Shown here one piece after another: positions 27,050 to 39,164 of a DNA stretch of 64,000 bases. The DNA comes from Octopus vulgaris (lineage: Eukaryota). The DNA lies in contig OX597814.1 of assembly GCA_951406725.2 (NCBI GenBank), forward strand, positions 183,148,001 through 183,212,000. Direction: 5' to 3'. The position numbers and the translations under genes were made by a program. Below the pieces are notes generated by a model. That model had not been told where the DNA came from and did no database searches. It was given only the letters and a program-made list of their open reading frames with translations. Numbering within the stretch: the first letter of the stretch is position 1; every line of letters begins with the position of its first letter.

Positions 27050-29037
27050 GCCATTTAAGAATAGTTATTAAAAATTTGCCATATTTCGAATTTTAAATAC
27101 ATATGAAGACGTTCGGTAACGATGCTTTTTTTAATATTATTTATATATTTATAATATATCTATATATTATAATAGGTCATTGTGAGTGTTATTGGTAGCA
27201 TTTAATACTGTAAAACTTGTTATACTGTTGGCGACTAAATTGGGATTCTGACTGATTACTTGAAACCAAGCAGGAGAAAAACATGACCTGTAAAAAAGCG
27301 GGCAAGTAGAAGGTCTAATACAGGTGGGAGCATTCGCGGTTCTCTAGTCCTCCGCATTTCACGGTCTTCATCGACCACCGATGAATAAACGCGATGTTCA
27401 CATATTTTTAGTGTATTTATGCTTACGCTTCAACAGGAACAGCACTTGGAACAGTGTATGATAGAAAGTTAGAAAGAGAGGAGAGGGAGAGAGAAAGAGA
27501 GAAGAGTATTAAGAAGTGAATAAGAGACCGTGAAGTGTAACTGACAAAGATTAAACACAAAAACACTACAAAAAAATGTTTGATAGAGATCAGAGTAAGA
27601 CCAGACCGAAAAACAGACAAACAGATGAATAAATAGAGTAGTTTTGAGAGAGAGATGTGGTACAAGTGAGAGCGGGAGAATGAGAAGATTAGAGAGATAA
27701 AAGTAAATGACGCCTTTTATAAAGGTCATACGGTAAGCAATAATCATAAATCAATACGTTAAACATCGATTAAGCCAGATAAGTTTCCCAAACTTTGAAG
27801 ATAAAATTCAAATCAAATCATAAAGAGATACACGTATCATTGCAGTTCTAGAATCAAAGCTTTGTGAGAACGAAACGATGTTCTTCTTTGGAATTTAAGC
27901 ATAATATATTTAAATTGAGGGTTGACAAGTAGATTGAATAGTTAACTACATAGAAGTAATGGAGTGTGGCGAAAAATGTGATTTCGATATATGTATGGAC
28001 GTTGGATGGGGAAGGGAAGAGGAGATGGAGGATGACATACCATTGGGTACAGAAACATGTGATATGAGATGCGAAGAGCTTTCATGAGATGCAAGACAAA
28101 CATATAAGAATGGACAGGAAAGCTGTGTGAAGAATAAAACTTTTGAATATGCTTACTGAGCGAAAATGTTATTTGAAGTAAAGAAGCAAGTACATGGAAT
28201 GTGGTGTTTGCTGAACAAGAATTTCTGTGATTATATTATGAAGGTGTATTTTATGTGATGTCAAGTGAGTTGTCACCGGATGTGAAAAAGGATTTGGAAG
28301 ATATTGGAAAGAAGCAAAAAAGTTCTGTAATTTACTGAAAATATTTATAGCCAATAAGATGTGAGATGTGGATAAGAAATTATAAGATTAGTAGACTATT
28401 AGAACCTCATGAAATCAATGAGTAAAATACATACAAAATAATTAAAATACAACCATGAACTTAACCATAAATTTGATTATGCACTATAAACCAAAGTTTT
28501 GAATTACGAGACATATATTGATTTGAAATAAGTTGAAAGATCTACCGATTCATATAACATATTAAGATATATATCTAAATTAAGTTCTTTAACTATAAAT
28601 CGTGTTCGTACTATACTGTGGTCTTACTAATGAACAAAAATGCTTGTGTCATAGTTTGACTAATAAATAGGTTACATTTTGTCTTATCTACTTATTCTTG
28701 TTCGTTCTTCTTTAGTTCTTTCCACCACATGATATCTTCAGAGAATTAACACTTAGATTTTTAAGTTATAGACACATCATTAATACAAATATTTGAGTAT
28801 TTGTGTTCCTTCAGTTCCTTGTGATTTTAACAATCCGACTGTCAGCCCTTTTAATAGGCAGCACAACTACTCATATATTATTTATAAGCTCTAATGACGA
28901 AATGACTTTCACATAACTTGCAGGTAGTTCATTATGTATACCCAGTTCAAGTTGGGAAGGCTATTTTCGTATATTTGTATCAAATGACATGATTTTAAAA
29001 GTCAACCTTCTTGCCAATTCTGGGGTCTTAAGACTCG

Positions 29038-29136
<99 letters not shown>

Positions 29137-29475
29137 GAAAAAATAATAAGCATCTATTAACAATTCAGTAGTATGGCCGAACTGTTAATTTCGCAACAAC
29201 GGGTACACATCTGTAGTTATGCCAACAAAACTATCCGATGTCCACAGTAAAGGGTAATAACTCCAAGTTTTACTGCTTAAAATTGTGAAAACATCGCCCC
29301 CCTCCCCACAAATCCCGTATCTTAGGAATCCGGGGTCAGATTTACGCGAAACTTGTATTCCGTTTGTATTCACATTTCAGGGATGCTATACTTTCAGAGT
29401 ATTTTCCCATTATGCGCCGGTTTGTCTGTATTAAATGACTGACAACCAAGCAAGCAATCAGAGTTTTAGAATTAG

Positions 29476-29890
29476 GGTGGTGAGGTGGCAGAACCGTTAG
29501 CACGCCGGGCGAAATACCTGGCGGTATTTCGTCTGCGGTTACGTTCTGAGTTCAAATTCCGCGGAGGTCGACTTTGCCTTTCATCTTTTCGGGGTCGATA
29601 AATTAAGTACCAGTTACGCACTGGGGTCGATATAATCGACTTAATCCGTTTGTCTGTCCTTGTTTGTCCTCTCTGTGTTTAGCCCCTTGTGGGTAGTAAA
29701 GAAATAGGTATTTCGTCTGCGGTTACGTTCTGAGTTCAAATTCCGCCGAGGTCGACTTTGCCTTTCATCTTTTCGGGGTCGATAAATTAAGTACCAATTA
29801 CGCACTGGGGTCAATATAATCGACTTAATCCGTTTGTCTGTCCTTGTTTGTCCCCTCTATGTTTAGCCCCTTGTGGGTAATAAAGAAATA
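29476..29890 (+). mobile_element. SINE family B with tandemly duplicated body
   Basis: The ~185-bp unit ggtatttcgtctgcggttacg..gaaata occurs twice (29523-29706 and 29707-29890). Confidence 0.9.
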
Positions 29891-30250
29891 TGAATGATAT
29901 ATATTATATAGAATGGAGCTGAGTGGGACAGCAAGTTTTGCCTCTTGCAGCTTATAGAGTCAGAGATCGAAATACAGTATTTGTAGATATTTAGACGCTT
30001 TTAAAAATTGTTAATAGAAACTAACACTCAAATTTTCAATCTAAAATACCCTATGCACTCACATACGCTCACAGGAATGTAAGTGCACATAGATAAACTA
30101 ATATAAAATTTTAATAATCCCCTCTATAACTTTTGAAAAATATCCTAGATTAATATCACCGCTTCGAGAGAACGGGAAACAAATACGTGTGTATATATGT
30201 ATGTATTTATCAATCTACATATCTTTTTCTCTCTCTCTCCCCCTCTCTTC

Positions 30251-30345
<95 letters not shown>

Positions 30346-30756
30346 GCTCTCTCTCTCTCTCTCTCTCTCTGTGACTTAATGGTACATATGCACACACAGA
30401 TACACACACACACACAAACATATACAAACATGCGCACACACAAACGTTCACACAAGTACACATATACGGACGCACGCACACACCTGGGCAGTACCTCGCG
30501 GGAAAATTCTTAGGTGAGTGGCAGAATTTTTACTAGATATGTAAGTTTGTTGATTTACGTCAAACATAATAATATGCACTGTGTGTATATATGCGTACAG
30601 TGGGTGGGATCAAGTATATAGTTTATATTTTATACATGCATCAGCATGTACGGCGCCTCCAGGTATCCATATGTTCATGAAATTGTATATCAATATTGTG
30701 TTTGATAACCTAGTTTGTATTTTACCAAATGAAATGCCTGTTGAATGTATACGCAT

Positions 30757-30795
<39 letters not shown>

Positions 30796-30843
30796 TGTAT
30801 ATATAAATATATATATATATATATAAATAAATAAATACGTATA

Positions 30844-30880
<37 letters not shown>

Positions 30881-31263
30881 TTATGAATATATTTGCATAT
30901 AGATTAGAGATTATCTGAATAAAAAAAAACAGCAACATATGTGAGTAAGACACCTTGTGGTTTTCCATATGCTGATTAAATTTTATATCCGTTTTTTTTT
31001 TCCTTGTTGAACCACATTCCGTACATGCATGTGTGAACAGTAGAAATACAAACGCATAATCCCATATACATACACACGTAATGAATCTTGTTTTATTATA
31101 TTTGTTGACAGTTTTGCCATCATGCTAAGGCGCTCATGTTATTATATCATACGAACGTGAAGAATTCAAATGCATGCATAGAGGTTCGCACCTTTTGCTA
31201 TAAATATTTATAGATGTGTATTACGACGATGTACGTAAATGTATATATATATACATATGTATA

Positions 31264-31329
<66 letters not shown>

Positions 31330-31332
<3 letters not shown>

Positions 31333-32310
31333 AAAAAACTCCTTAACATAAGAAAACAAAACTTCTGGAAGGCATATAAATGCGAAAAATATGGTGAAAT
31401 ACATTCGAAATGGATATCTTTAGCGGCACCCATACTTCCTCGGAAGTACCTAATTAAAGAAATTGCAGGAGAACCAGAGGAAGAAACTAAACTTCGATGG
31501 GACCTTAGTTTGATAAAATTCAGGACCGACATCTCCATTACCCTGTCTAAACAATCCCGCTACAAAGCCAAATACGAAGCTATCGATGATCAAATCAGAG
31601 ATGAAATATCCAAACTAACGACCGGCAATATAGCAGAAAAAATGCGAGAACTATGGATCAGAGATATCTCAAAAGAAGAAAGCAGATCAAGAAAGTTTTG
31701 GCAGCGGAAACAATTATTTCTCGACAAATATGCTACAAATTACGGTAAAGACACCAGAACTCCGAGAAATGGCATTAAAAGTGGACAACCTCACCAACGC
31801 AACATACACCAGAACACGTGGCAACATGAACACCCGTTTCACCACGAATCGAAGACGAACTACGGTAAGAACTCTTCCCATTTTGTATGCAAACACCCTA
31901 ATGCACACAACATGAACAAAAAGCACAAACAAAATAGATATTGTTTTGAACAGACCATTAGCAGTAGAAATAACAGGAGATCATTTTCAAGACCTCAACA
32001 GAGATTACCCACAAGAAACTGGACAAAAAACCGATCTAGATCTAGAAGTAAACCCAGATCATTTCTCCAGGTGGTTAAAAACAATGCTAACAAGAAATTG
32101 AAAAGTAGCATACATAATACCAAAAACAAGACAGAAAACATAACGAAACCAAGTAAAGTACCACAACCAAAACGCAAAATTCATCAAGCAAACATCAACA
32201 GGAATATAAATCATAACCAGAAAAAAATCCATTTTTTTACGTCAGGACAACAAACACCGGAGAAAGAAAAAATCCAAGAGGAAACATACCCCAAACAACT
32301 GAACGTATAG
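31330..32310 (+). CDS. PLE ORF1 (5'-truncated): predicted helical region followed by a basic, Arg/Ser-rich disordered region
   Basis: Stop-free for ~326 codons after the TA tract (WKKLLNIRKQ..PILPRKY..RSRSRSKPRS..); the upstream YIYI part of the ORF-track call is microsatellite. Confidence 0.7.
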
Positions 32311-34544
32311 ATCCTAAAATAATTAATTTATCAAAAAGAGATCTTGACAATGATGAAATCCAACTTCTGTCAAAAGGACTGAAATTCACACCTACACCAA
32401 CAGCCAACCACCAAGAATTAAAGGAGGATATCCAAAAATTCTGTCGAAAATTACGACTTGTAGAATTCTTCGCTAACAAAAGTAATGAGATTGATGAATC
32501 CCTAGTAAGGAATAAATCAAATTTCACCCCACCAAAAGGAAGAAATAACTACCTTGACCAATACATTGATATCCTGTCTAAATTTCCCCTTAGACGCAAT
32601 ACCAATGTTAGGCCAAACATTAGCAAATCAGAGATGTCTGTATGTAAACGTATACAAAACGATCAAACAATAATAATTAAACAAGCAGATAAAGGTGGTG
32701 CAATTGTTATTATGGATACCGAATACTATAAGGATTTGGTTGAAGACCAACTGAAGGATACAACCTTCTATTGTGAAATACCCGCAAATATAGACCACCA
32801 CATCATGAAAAAGATCAACAACCTGATTTCAACACACCACAACTCACTTACGGATAATGAAAAAGACTACATCACCAATTTTGAACCAAAACCCAGCAAC
32901 TTCTACGGCTTACCAAAAATACACAAATCAAAAAACATTCAACAGGCAGTAAAAGAACAAGAAAGTGAGTACATAAAATTATTACATCCAAAAGACCTAA
33001 AACTTAGACCTATTATAGCTGGTCCAGCATGCCCTACACACCGTCTAAGCAATTTTATTGACATTGTTTTGAAACCACTATGTACTTACATACCAAGTTT
33101 CATCAGGGATGACATCGACTTCCTGTCCCATCTTCCCAAAACAACAGAAACAAATTCAGTTTTACTAAGTTTTGATGTGGTAAGCCTCTACACCAATATT
33201 CCACACGATTTAGGAATAAAGGCGATTAAATACTGGTTAGAAAAACATAGAGAAGTGATTCCCAGCAGATTCACAGTGCCATTTATATTAGACACAGTCA
33301 AACTTATTCTAGAAAATAACACATTCTTCTTCAATGGAAAGAATTACATCCAAATTAGAGGCACGGCGATGGGAACGAGGTTTGCTCCCGTTTACGCCAA
33401 CTCTGTAATGGGATACTTAGAAGAACAACTCTACCAAGAGGTGGAGGTAAACTATGGCACTGGATTTAGAAAGTATATTGAAAAGGCATGGAAGAGATAC
33501 CTAGACGACTGTTTCATAATCTGGACAGAATCTCTAAATACTCTGGAAGAGTTCAATATCCTCCTGAACAACCTACACCCATCTCTCAAATTTACAAAGG
33601 AGATGAGTAGTACCAAATTACCATTCCTGGATATAATGGTAATTAAAAAAGACACCACCATCACCACAGATATATACTATAAACACACAGACACACATCA
33701 ATACCTAAATTTTAAGTCGTGCCATCCACCACATACAAAACGTAACATCCCATACTGCCTAGCCAGAAGAATTTGTACTATTGTAGAAGATGCAAATATC
33801 AGGAACAAACGCCTAATAGAACTAAGAGAATTTTTGCTCAAACAAAAATACCCATCTCTACTTATAGAAAATGGCATACAGCGGGCTATAAAAATACCTA
33901 TACAACAACTTAGGACAACCCAAGGAAGAGGAAAACAAGAACAAGTCATACCATTCATAGTGACACACAACCCATGTCACCAGAATATCTTCAACATTGC
34001 CAAAGCAAACCTACCAATCATTGCTCAAAGTAATGAATTAAAAGACATAATCAAGGATCGAGCTATGGTGCTTAGTAAAAGACAGCCTAAAAACTTGAAA
34101 ACATTACTAACAAAGGCAAAATTTGACCTCAGCAACAAAGACCAAACATTCACGGTATCTAAATGCAATGATAGCCGATGTGGCACATGCCAATTCATAC
34201 ATACCGGTCAATATATAAACACAAAAACCGGGAAAATATTCACAAACGCGAATATGAACTGCAAAAGCAGAAATTTAATTTACTGCATCAAATGCCCAAA
34301 TTGTGAAGAAATATATGTAGGTCAGACGGGAAACGCACTATTAGAACGCTCACGTGTACACCGGCAACAGATTAGAGACCCAGAGGTCCGTCAGATACCT
34401 TTGAGTAACCACCTAGCAACATGTGGTCGGAAAATATATATAATATTTCCATTCTACAAATTACACAGCCCAAGTGAAATCGAGAGGAAAATCAGAGAAA
34501 AGAATTTTATTGATAAATTCGAACCCAAGCTAAATAAGCAATAA
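32217..34544 (+). CDS. PLE ORF2: reverse transcriptase + GIY-YIG endonuclease (open frame; first ATG only at 32634)
   Basis: Frame is open from after TAA 32214-32216. Motifs IINLS..LLSKGLKFTPTP, ADKGG, FYGLPKIHK, LRPII, SFDVVSLYTNIPH, GTAMGTRFAP, RYLDD, LPFLD, linker KCNDSRCGTC, and NLIYCIKCPNCEEIYVGQT..R..H..E..PKLN. Confidence 0.95.
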   Translation, partial: PEKNPFFYVRTTNTGERKNPRGNIPQTTERIDPKIINLSKRDLDNDEIQLLSKGLKFTPTPTANHQELKEDIQKFCRKLRLVEFFANKSNEIDESLVRNKSNFTPPKGRNNYLDQYIDILSKFPLRRNTNVRPNISKSEMSVCKRIQNDQTIIIKQADKGGAIVIMDTEYYKDLVEDQLKDTTFYCEIPANIDHHIMKKINNLISTHHNSLTDNEKDYITNFEPKPSNFYGLPKIHKSKNIQQAVKEQESEYIKLLHPKDLKLRPIIAGPACPTHRLSNFIDIVLKPLCTYIPSFIRDDIDFLSHLPKTTETNSVLLSFDVVSLYTNIPHDLGIKAIKYWLEKHREVIPSRFTVPFILDTVKLILENNTFFFNGKNYIQIRGTAMGTRFAPVYANSVMGYLEEQLYQEVEVNYGTGFRKYIEKAWKRYLDDCFIIWTESLNTLEEFNILLNNLHPSLKFTKEMSSTKLPFLDIMVIKKDTTITTDIYYKHTDTHQYLNFKSCHPPHTKRNIPYCLARRICTIVEDANIRNKRLIELREFLLKQKYPSLLIENGIQRAIKIPIQQLRTTQGRGKQEQVIPFIVTHNPCHQNIFNIAKANLPIIAQSNELKDIIKDRAMVLSKRQPKNLKTLLTKAKFDLSNKDQTFTVSKCNDSRCGTCQFIHTGQYINTKTGKIFTNANMNCKSRNLIYCIKCPNCEEIYVGQTGNALLERSRVHRQQIRDPEVRQIPLSNHLATCGRKIYIIFPFYKLHSPSEIERKIREKNFIDKFEPKLNKQ

Positions 34545-34859
34545 TAATAATACTTAGAGGTATTACTTCCACTGCTACGACCATGACCACTAACAACAAC
34601 AACAATACTAAAGGTGATCAAGACGAAGATAGCAGGAAAATTATCTTATTTAGGGTTAAAAGTTCTATTGCCACCACCATCACCACTAGCAACAATAATT
34701 AAGGTGCTGACAATGATGATGATGACAATTGAAATATAAAAATATAAAAATCTCTGACAAAGGATATTTACAACATTTCTAAAAATAACCCAACAATTGC
34801 TGCTTCGGCCAGGGTCAAGATACAGGACTCTTGACCTGTCCAACAAAGCGTGATGCCTA

Positions 34860-35003
34860 AACCAATCAGCTCAACCAACCAATCAGCTTAAGTAATTGAG
34901 TGATACTACACACTGATTGGTCAGAATACAGTTTGCAAAACCTAGCACTCTGGAGCCTACCCAGCTGTATTTATAGCACAGAATCACTCATCTTGCTACA
35001 GTC
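34860..35003 (+). promoter_or_regulatory. Putative pseudo-LTR promoter (CCAAT boxes + TATA-like)
   Basis: ccaatcagct twice (34862, 34879), ctgattgg (~34913) and tatttatag (~34968), just upstream of the hammerhead. Confidence 0.45.
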
Positions 35004-35038
35004 AAAAATTGTGAAGCATGACTGTCAACACTACTACA

Positions 35039-35083
35039 TGAACCCGAAGATTGCAGAATTCAATGCATGAAAGTACTAGTTCA
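35039..35083 (+). ncRNA. Minimal type I hammerhead ribozyme motif of the PLE
   Basis: tgaac CCGAAGA ttgca gaattcaa tgcat GAAA gtac TA gttca. Stem I tgaac/gttca, stem II tgca/tgca, palindromic agtact stem III; U4>C core variant. Confidence 0.8.
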
Positions 35084-35292
35084 ATCAGAATGAATATTTA
35101 ACATTCTACTATTTCATTTTATTTTATTCAATTATAATATATTATCTTATAATATATCATTATAAGATTGTAAATAAAACGTGAAAATCAGACAAGGTTG
35201 GAATTCTTTTTATTAATATATTCTTCTATACACAATCACACACACCCATATATATATATATCTATATATATATATATATGTATATATATATG

Positions 35293-35324
<32 letters not shown>

Positions 35325-35942
35325 TGTATGTCTAAAGAAACGAATAGATAGTTATATGAAGACGTACATATTCACAAATCCCTATGTAATGCAGAACGGC
35401 GTATTTCTAGAGCTGTGTGTCTCCGTGTGTGTGTGTTTATGTGCGTGTATAGCTTTGTATGAATATTTGCATGTATGTATGCATTGTACGTATGCTTGCA
35501 TGTACTGGCGTAGATACACAAGACGGTGCTCCAGCACGGCCGCAGTCAGATGACTGAAAAAAGTAGTAGTATAAAAGAATGCGTCTACTGGGCGTAGGGA
35601 CATGTTCAAACAAATCTCCAAGATATAATAAATAAAAACAGATGCTATTTTCCTTAAAGGCATGCTAATACAAGAGATGGATTGTAGATTCCATGCGATT
35701 ATCTACCCTTGTTGTTTTGGGATCGGTCGTCATCAGTTGTTAGTTTGCTTTCTCTCGTAGTGAAGATGGTTTTGTTAATGCAGGAATTTATCTGATATGG
35801 AATTTCGTAAAACACTTTTTTATTCCCTACATGCATACATACATGCATACATACATACATACATACATACATGCGTCTTTTTTTTTATTTTTCTTTTTTC
35901 TTTTTTCTTTTATTTATTTCTTTTTTTTTTGTTCTTTTCTTC

Positions 35943-36090
35943 CCTTTTACGATCCCTCTTGATCGAAAACCTACGCCACCCCCTTTTCTTTTGTTTCTTT
36001 TGTTTTTTGTTTTTTTCATCCCCCAAAAGAAAAGCTCTACCTTGTAACTTGTCCCATCTGTGTGCAGCCCTGTGTGGCCAATAAAGAAAC

Positions 36091-36135
<45 letters not shown>
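35943..36135 (+). mobile_element. LINE-like 3' end with AATAAA and (TATC)n tail
   Basis: ccttttacgatccc..gatcgaaa..aagaaaagctctaccttgtaacttgtcccatctgtgtgcagccctgtgtggccaataaagaaac(tatc)n, repeated at 51660-52080. Confidence 0.75.
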
Positions 36136-36140
<5 letters not shown>

Positions 36141-36216
36141 GTCTGTCTGTCTGTCTTTGTATGTATGTGTGTGTGTATATATATATGCATACATACATAC
36201 ATATATATATATATAC

Positions 36217-36278
<62 letters not shown>

Positions 36279-36285
36279 GTATACA

Positions 36286-36316
<31 letters not shown>

Positions 36317-36388
36317 GTATATATATGTATGTGTATATATATATTTATCTATCAGTTTCTCTGTCTGCCTTTGTATGTATGTATGTGT

Positions 36389-36434
<46 letters not shown>

Positions 36435-36853
36435 GAGAGATATAGCGAAAGAGACTGTTGGAGAGGGCGGAAAATCACATCATATCTATTTTTTTACGCA
36501 TGTTTTCACTTATCAGTTAATAAATGTTCTTCTGGTTCAACCTTACAAGAGAAATTGCTTGGAAAGATAGAGTAAATAAAAGCCCTATTTTGTCTCCATT
36601 TCCCATACTCGCAATTTAAAAATATCACTGCCTAGTTGTATCGCTATGCAACAGTTTATTTTCTATCTCCTTCAAGTCTAATGAAGACCTTAAAGGATGT
36701 GGAGAAATGATTTTTATATCTCTCCACTGACAATTATGACCGGCTATGTGATACAAATGCGTTAATGTCACGTGTTTACGAGAAAGCTTTGTCAATCAAG
36801 TTTAGAATAGAGATGTAGACAGTGACTTCTGACTCCTCCTCCTCCTCCTCCTG

Positions 36854-36929
<76 letters not shown>

Positions 36930-36930
<1 letters not shown>

Positions 36931-37100
36931 TTCAAATTTTGGAACAAGGCCTGAAATTTCTGGAATGAGGACTAGTTCATTACATCGACTCCATAACTCA
37001 ACTGGCACTTACTTTGTCGACCCCGAAATGATGAAAGGCAAAATTGACCCCGGTGGAATTTGAACTCAGAACGTAAATACGAACGTAATGCCGCTAAACA
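36930..37100 (-). mobile_element. SINE family B variant ending at (TAA)n
   Basis: Minus strand acgttctgagttcaaattccacc..tttgcctttcatcatttcggggtcgac..ggccttgttccaaaatttgaaa. Confidence 0.75.
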
Positions 37101-37189
37101 TTTAAAAGAATTAATACAAACACCGTCGAAAACGAGGACAAACCACTGGTCTAAAGTGACGAATATATCTGTCATGGAATGTGAATTTT

Positions 37190-38270
37190 CGAGCAAACCT
37201 GTGGATGGTGAAGGGAAACCTATAAAAGGATATGGAAAAAGAATGTGTGACATCATCTGGCTGGAGACGCTGGGCTTGGATATAATGGGATAGAGTGTGT
37301 GTGACCAGGCAAGGATAATAATGAAAAACGGATGGTTAGCAGCATTGGGGTTTGATGATATTAAGAACGGGGTGGCGATTGAAAGCATAGTGCGTGAGGC
37401 TGTTGACGTTAAGGATGTAGAATGACTGAGCAATGGGGACAAATGAATGATCTAAAATATTACTGGTATCATTGAAAAATGTCTGAATGTAGAAATAAAT
37501 GGATTCAAGAAAGTGGACAGAATTTTGGTGAACTGGTGGAACCGGAAGGTGAAAAGAGTACTGAGAGAAATTAAGACAATTTAACCGAAACGAATAGATT
37601 GATTAAAGCTGGTATCAAGTATATATGAAGGAAAGTGGGTCTCGAATCAAACAGTAAAAGAGGAAATGAAGAAACAAGAGCCTTAGTGGAAAAGTAAAAA
37701 GGAAGCAATAAATGAACGAACCACGAAAACATATCAATACTTTGAGAGGAAAGAAAAGAGGGAAAACCAGAAATAAGGAGAAATATCAGGAACTAGAACG
37801 TAAATATAGGATCAAGGAAAAGCAGTTAAATGTAGTCCTTGAAGAGCTGAAACAAAGACTGCAGGCTGAGGTACAAAAATTAAGAGATACGGTTAAAGAA
37901 TAGAACAACGTAAGATCAATAGATTGCTCCAACAGGATTAGAAAAGAGTTTATTAGTAGTTGAATGGAAAGGTTAACATCAGCGAGAAGCCTGACGCTGA
38001 AGAATGTACGAGGTCATGAAGTAACATCTTGGATTAAGGAAAGTGTGTTAATAAAGATGCTTCATGGTTGAAGGTATTAAGATCGGAGCGAAAATGAAGT
38101 GAAACCGAATAATATAAGGATAACAACTGAAATAGTGACCGGGCAGACAACAAAGGTTCTAAGCTGGTAATATCCAGGTTCGGATGGGGTACAAGGCTAC
38201 TGACTGAAAGCTTTCCCAGCATTACACGAAAGAATATCTGCAAATGCATGAGATGATACCTCCGCCTGGC
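37190..38270 (+). pseudogene. R4/Dong-clade non-LTR retrotransposon, degraded pre-RT region
   Basis: INEPRKHINTL..KYQELERKYRIKEKQLNVVLEELKQRLQA, RINRL..QD*KRVY, KPDAEE, PGSDGVQGY..KAFPALHERI with many stops. Confidence 0.65.
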
Positions 38271-38334
38271 ATCTAAAGTTATTTATTATAGGAACTTTTG
38301 TTTTTCGACATTCTAATCTGTTGTGTGTATATGA

Positions 38335-38523
<189 letters not shown>

Positions 38524-39079
38524 ATGCCCTGATGCAGTACCAGGCAGTGGCTCTCATGGCTTCTGATCTTAACTGATTGGAAGTGTTATCATGTACATTG
38601 TTTTGTCTTGGTATAAAAGATGGGCTACAGCAAATATTCTGCTCAATACCACAGATTTGCTTGTCAGTTGTTTGACCTTAACCAGTTGAGCATGTCCCTT
38701 AGTGGCTGACGATATGTGCATCTCTGATCACGAGCAGAAGTAGTGGGGGAGCATCATAGCCATGTGTTGAGAGGGATTCTTTGGGGTTAGAATAGTTCAC
38801 CTCTGGAAACATGGGTAGTTCTTTCAACATCCTTAAACAACCCTTATTCAGGGACCGTTTGAGCGGGATGGGCTACTCAACCAGAAGAAAATTCTAACTG
38901 GGCCCCACCTGCAAGGTCATGTGCTGTTTATCTTGATATGAGATCACCTTGTCGCGCACATATGGTTGTGATGCATGTGCCTGGTGTACCTTTATCAGAC
39001 GGGTAGTCATGATGGGTATATTGGGCTTCGTATATTTTACCCCAGTGTCACTTTGATGGCATGAACTGCTCTCTCACTC

Positions 39080-39080
<1 letters not shown>
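38524..39080 (+). mobile_element. ~560-bp non-coding insert precisely bounded by (TAA)n
   Basis: Complex sequence with sharp borders into TAA arrays on both sides and no long ORF; probably a Dong-type UTR or non-autonomous derivative (inference). Confidence 0.5.
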
Positions 39081-39141
<61 letters not shown>

Positions 39142-39164
39142 TAGTAATAATAATGATAATTACA

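Larger units (their letters stand above)
31330..35227 (+). mobile_element. Penelope-like retroelement (Neptune-type), 5'-truncated, inserted in (TA)n
   Basis: Two long ORFs, RT + Cys-rich linker + GIY-YIG, 3' region with CCAAT/TATA-like motifs and a hammerhead; (TA)n at ~31270-31330 and ~35247-35325. Confidence 0.93.

Noticed and set aside
27500-28450. Possible degraded LINE ORF2
   Set aside because: Purine-rich with hints of Cys motifs, but no motif I can support.
29476-29890. CRISPR-like or regularly spaced repeat array
   Set aside because: It is a tandem SINE body duplication; there is no repeat-spacer structure anywhere in this eukaryotic window.
31216-31329. ORF-track start for the 364-aa ORF
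   Set aside because: The N-terminus is flanking DNA plus (TA)n; the real ORF1 start was lost by 5' truncation.
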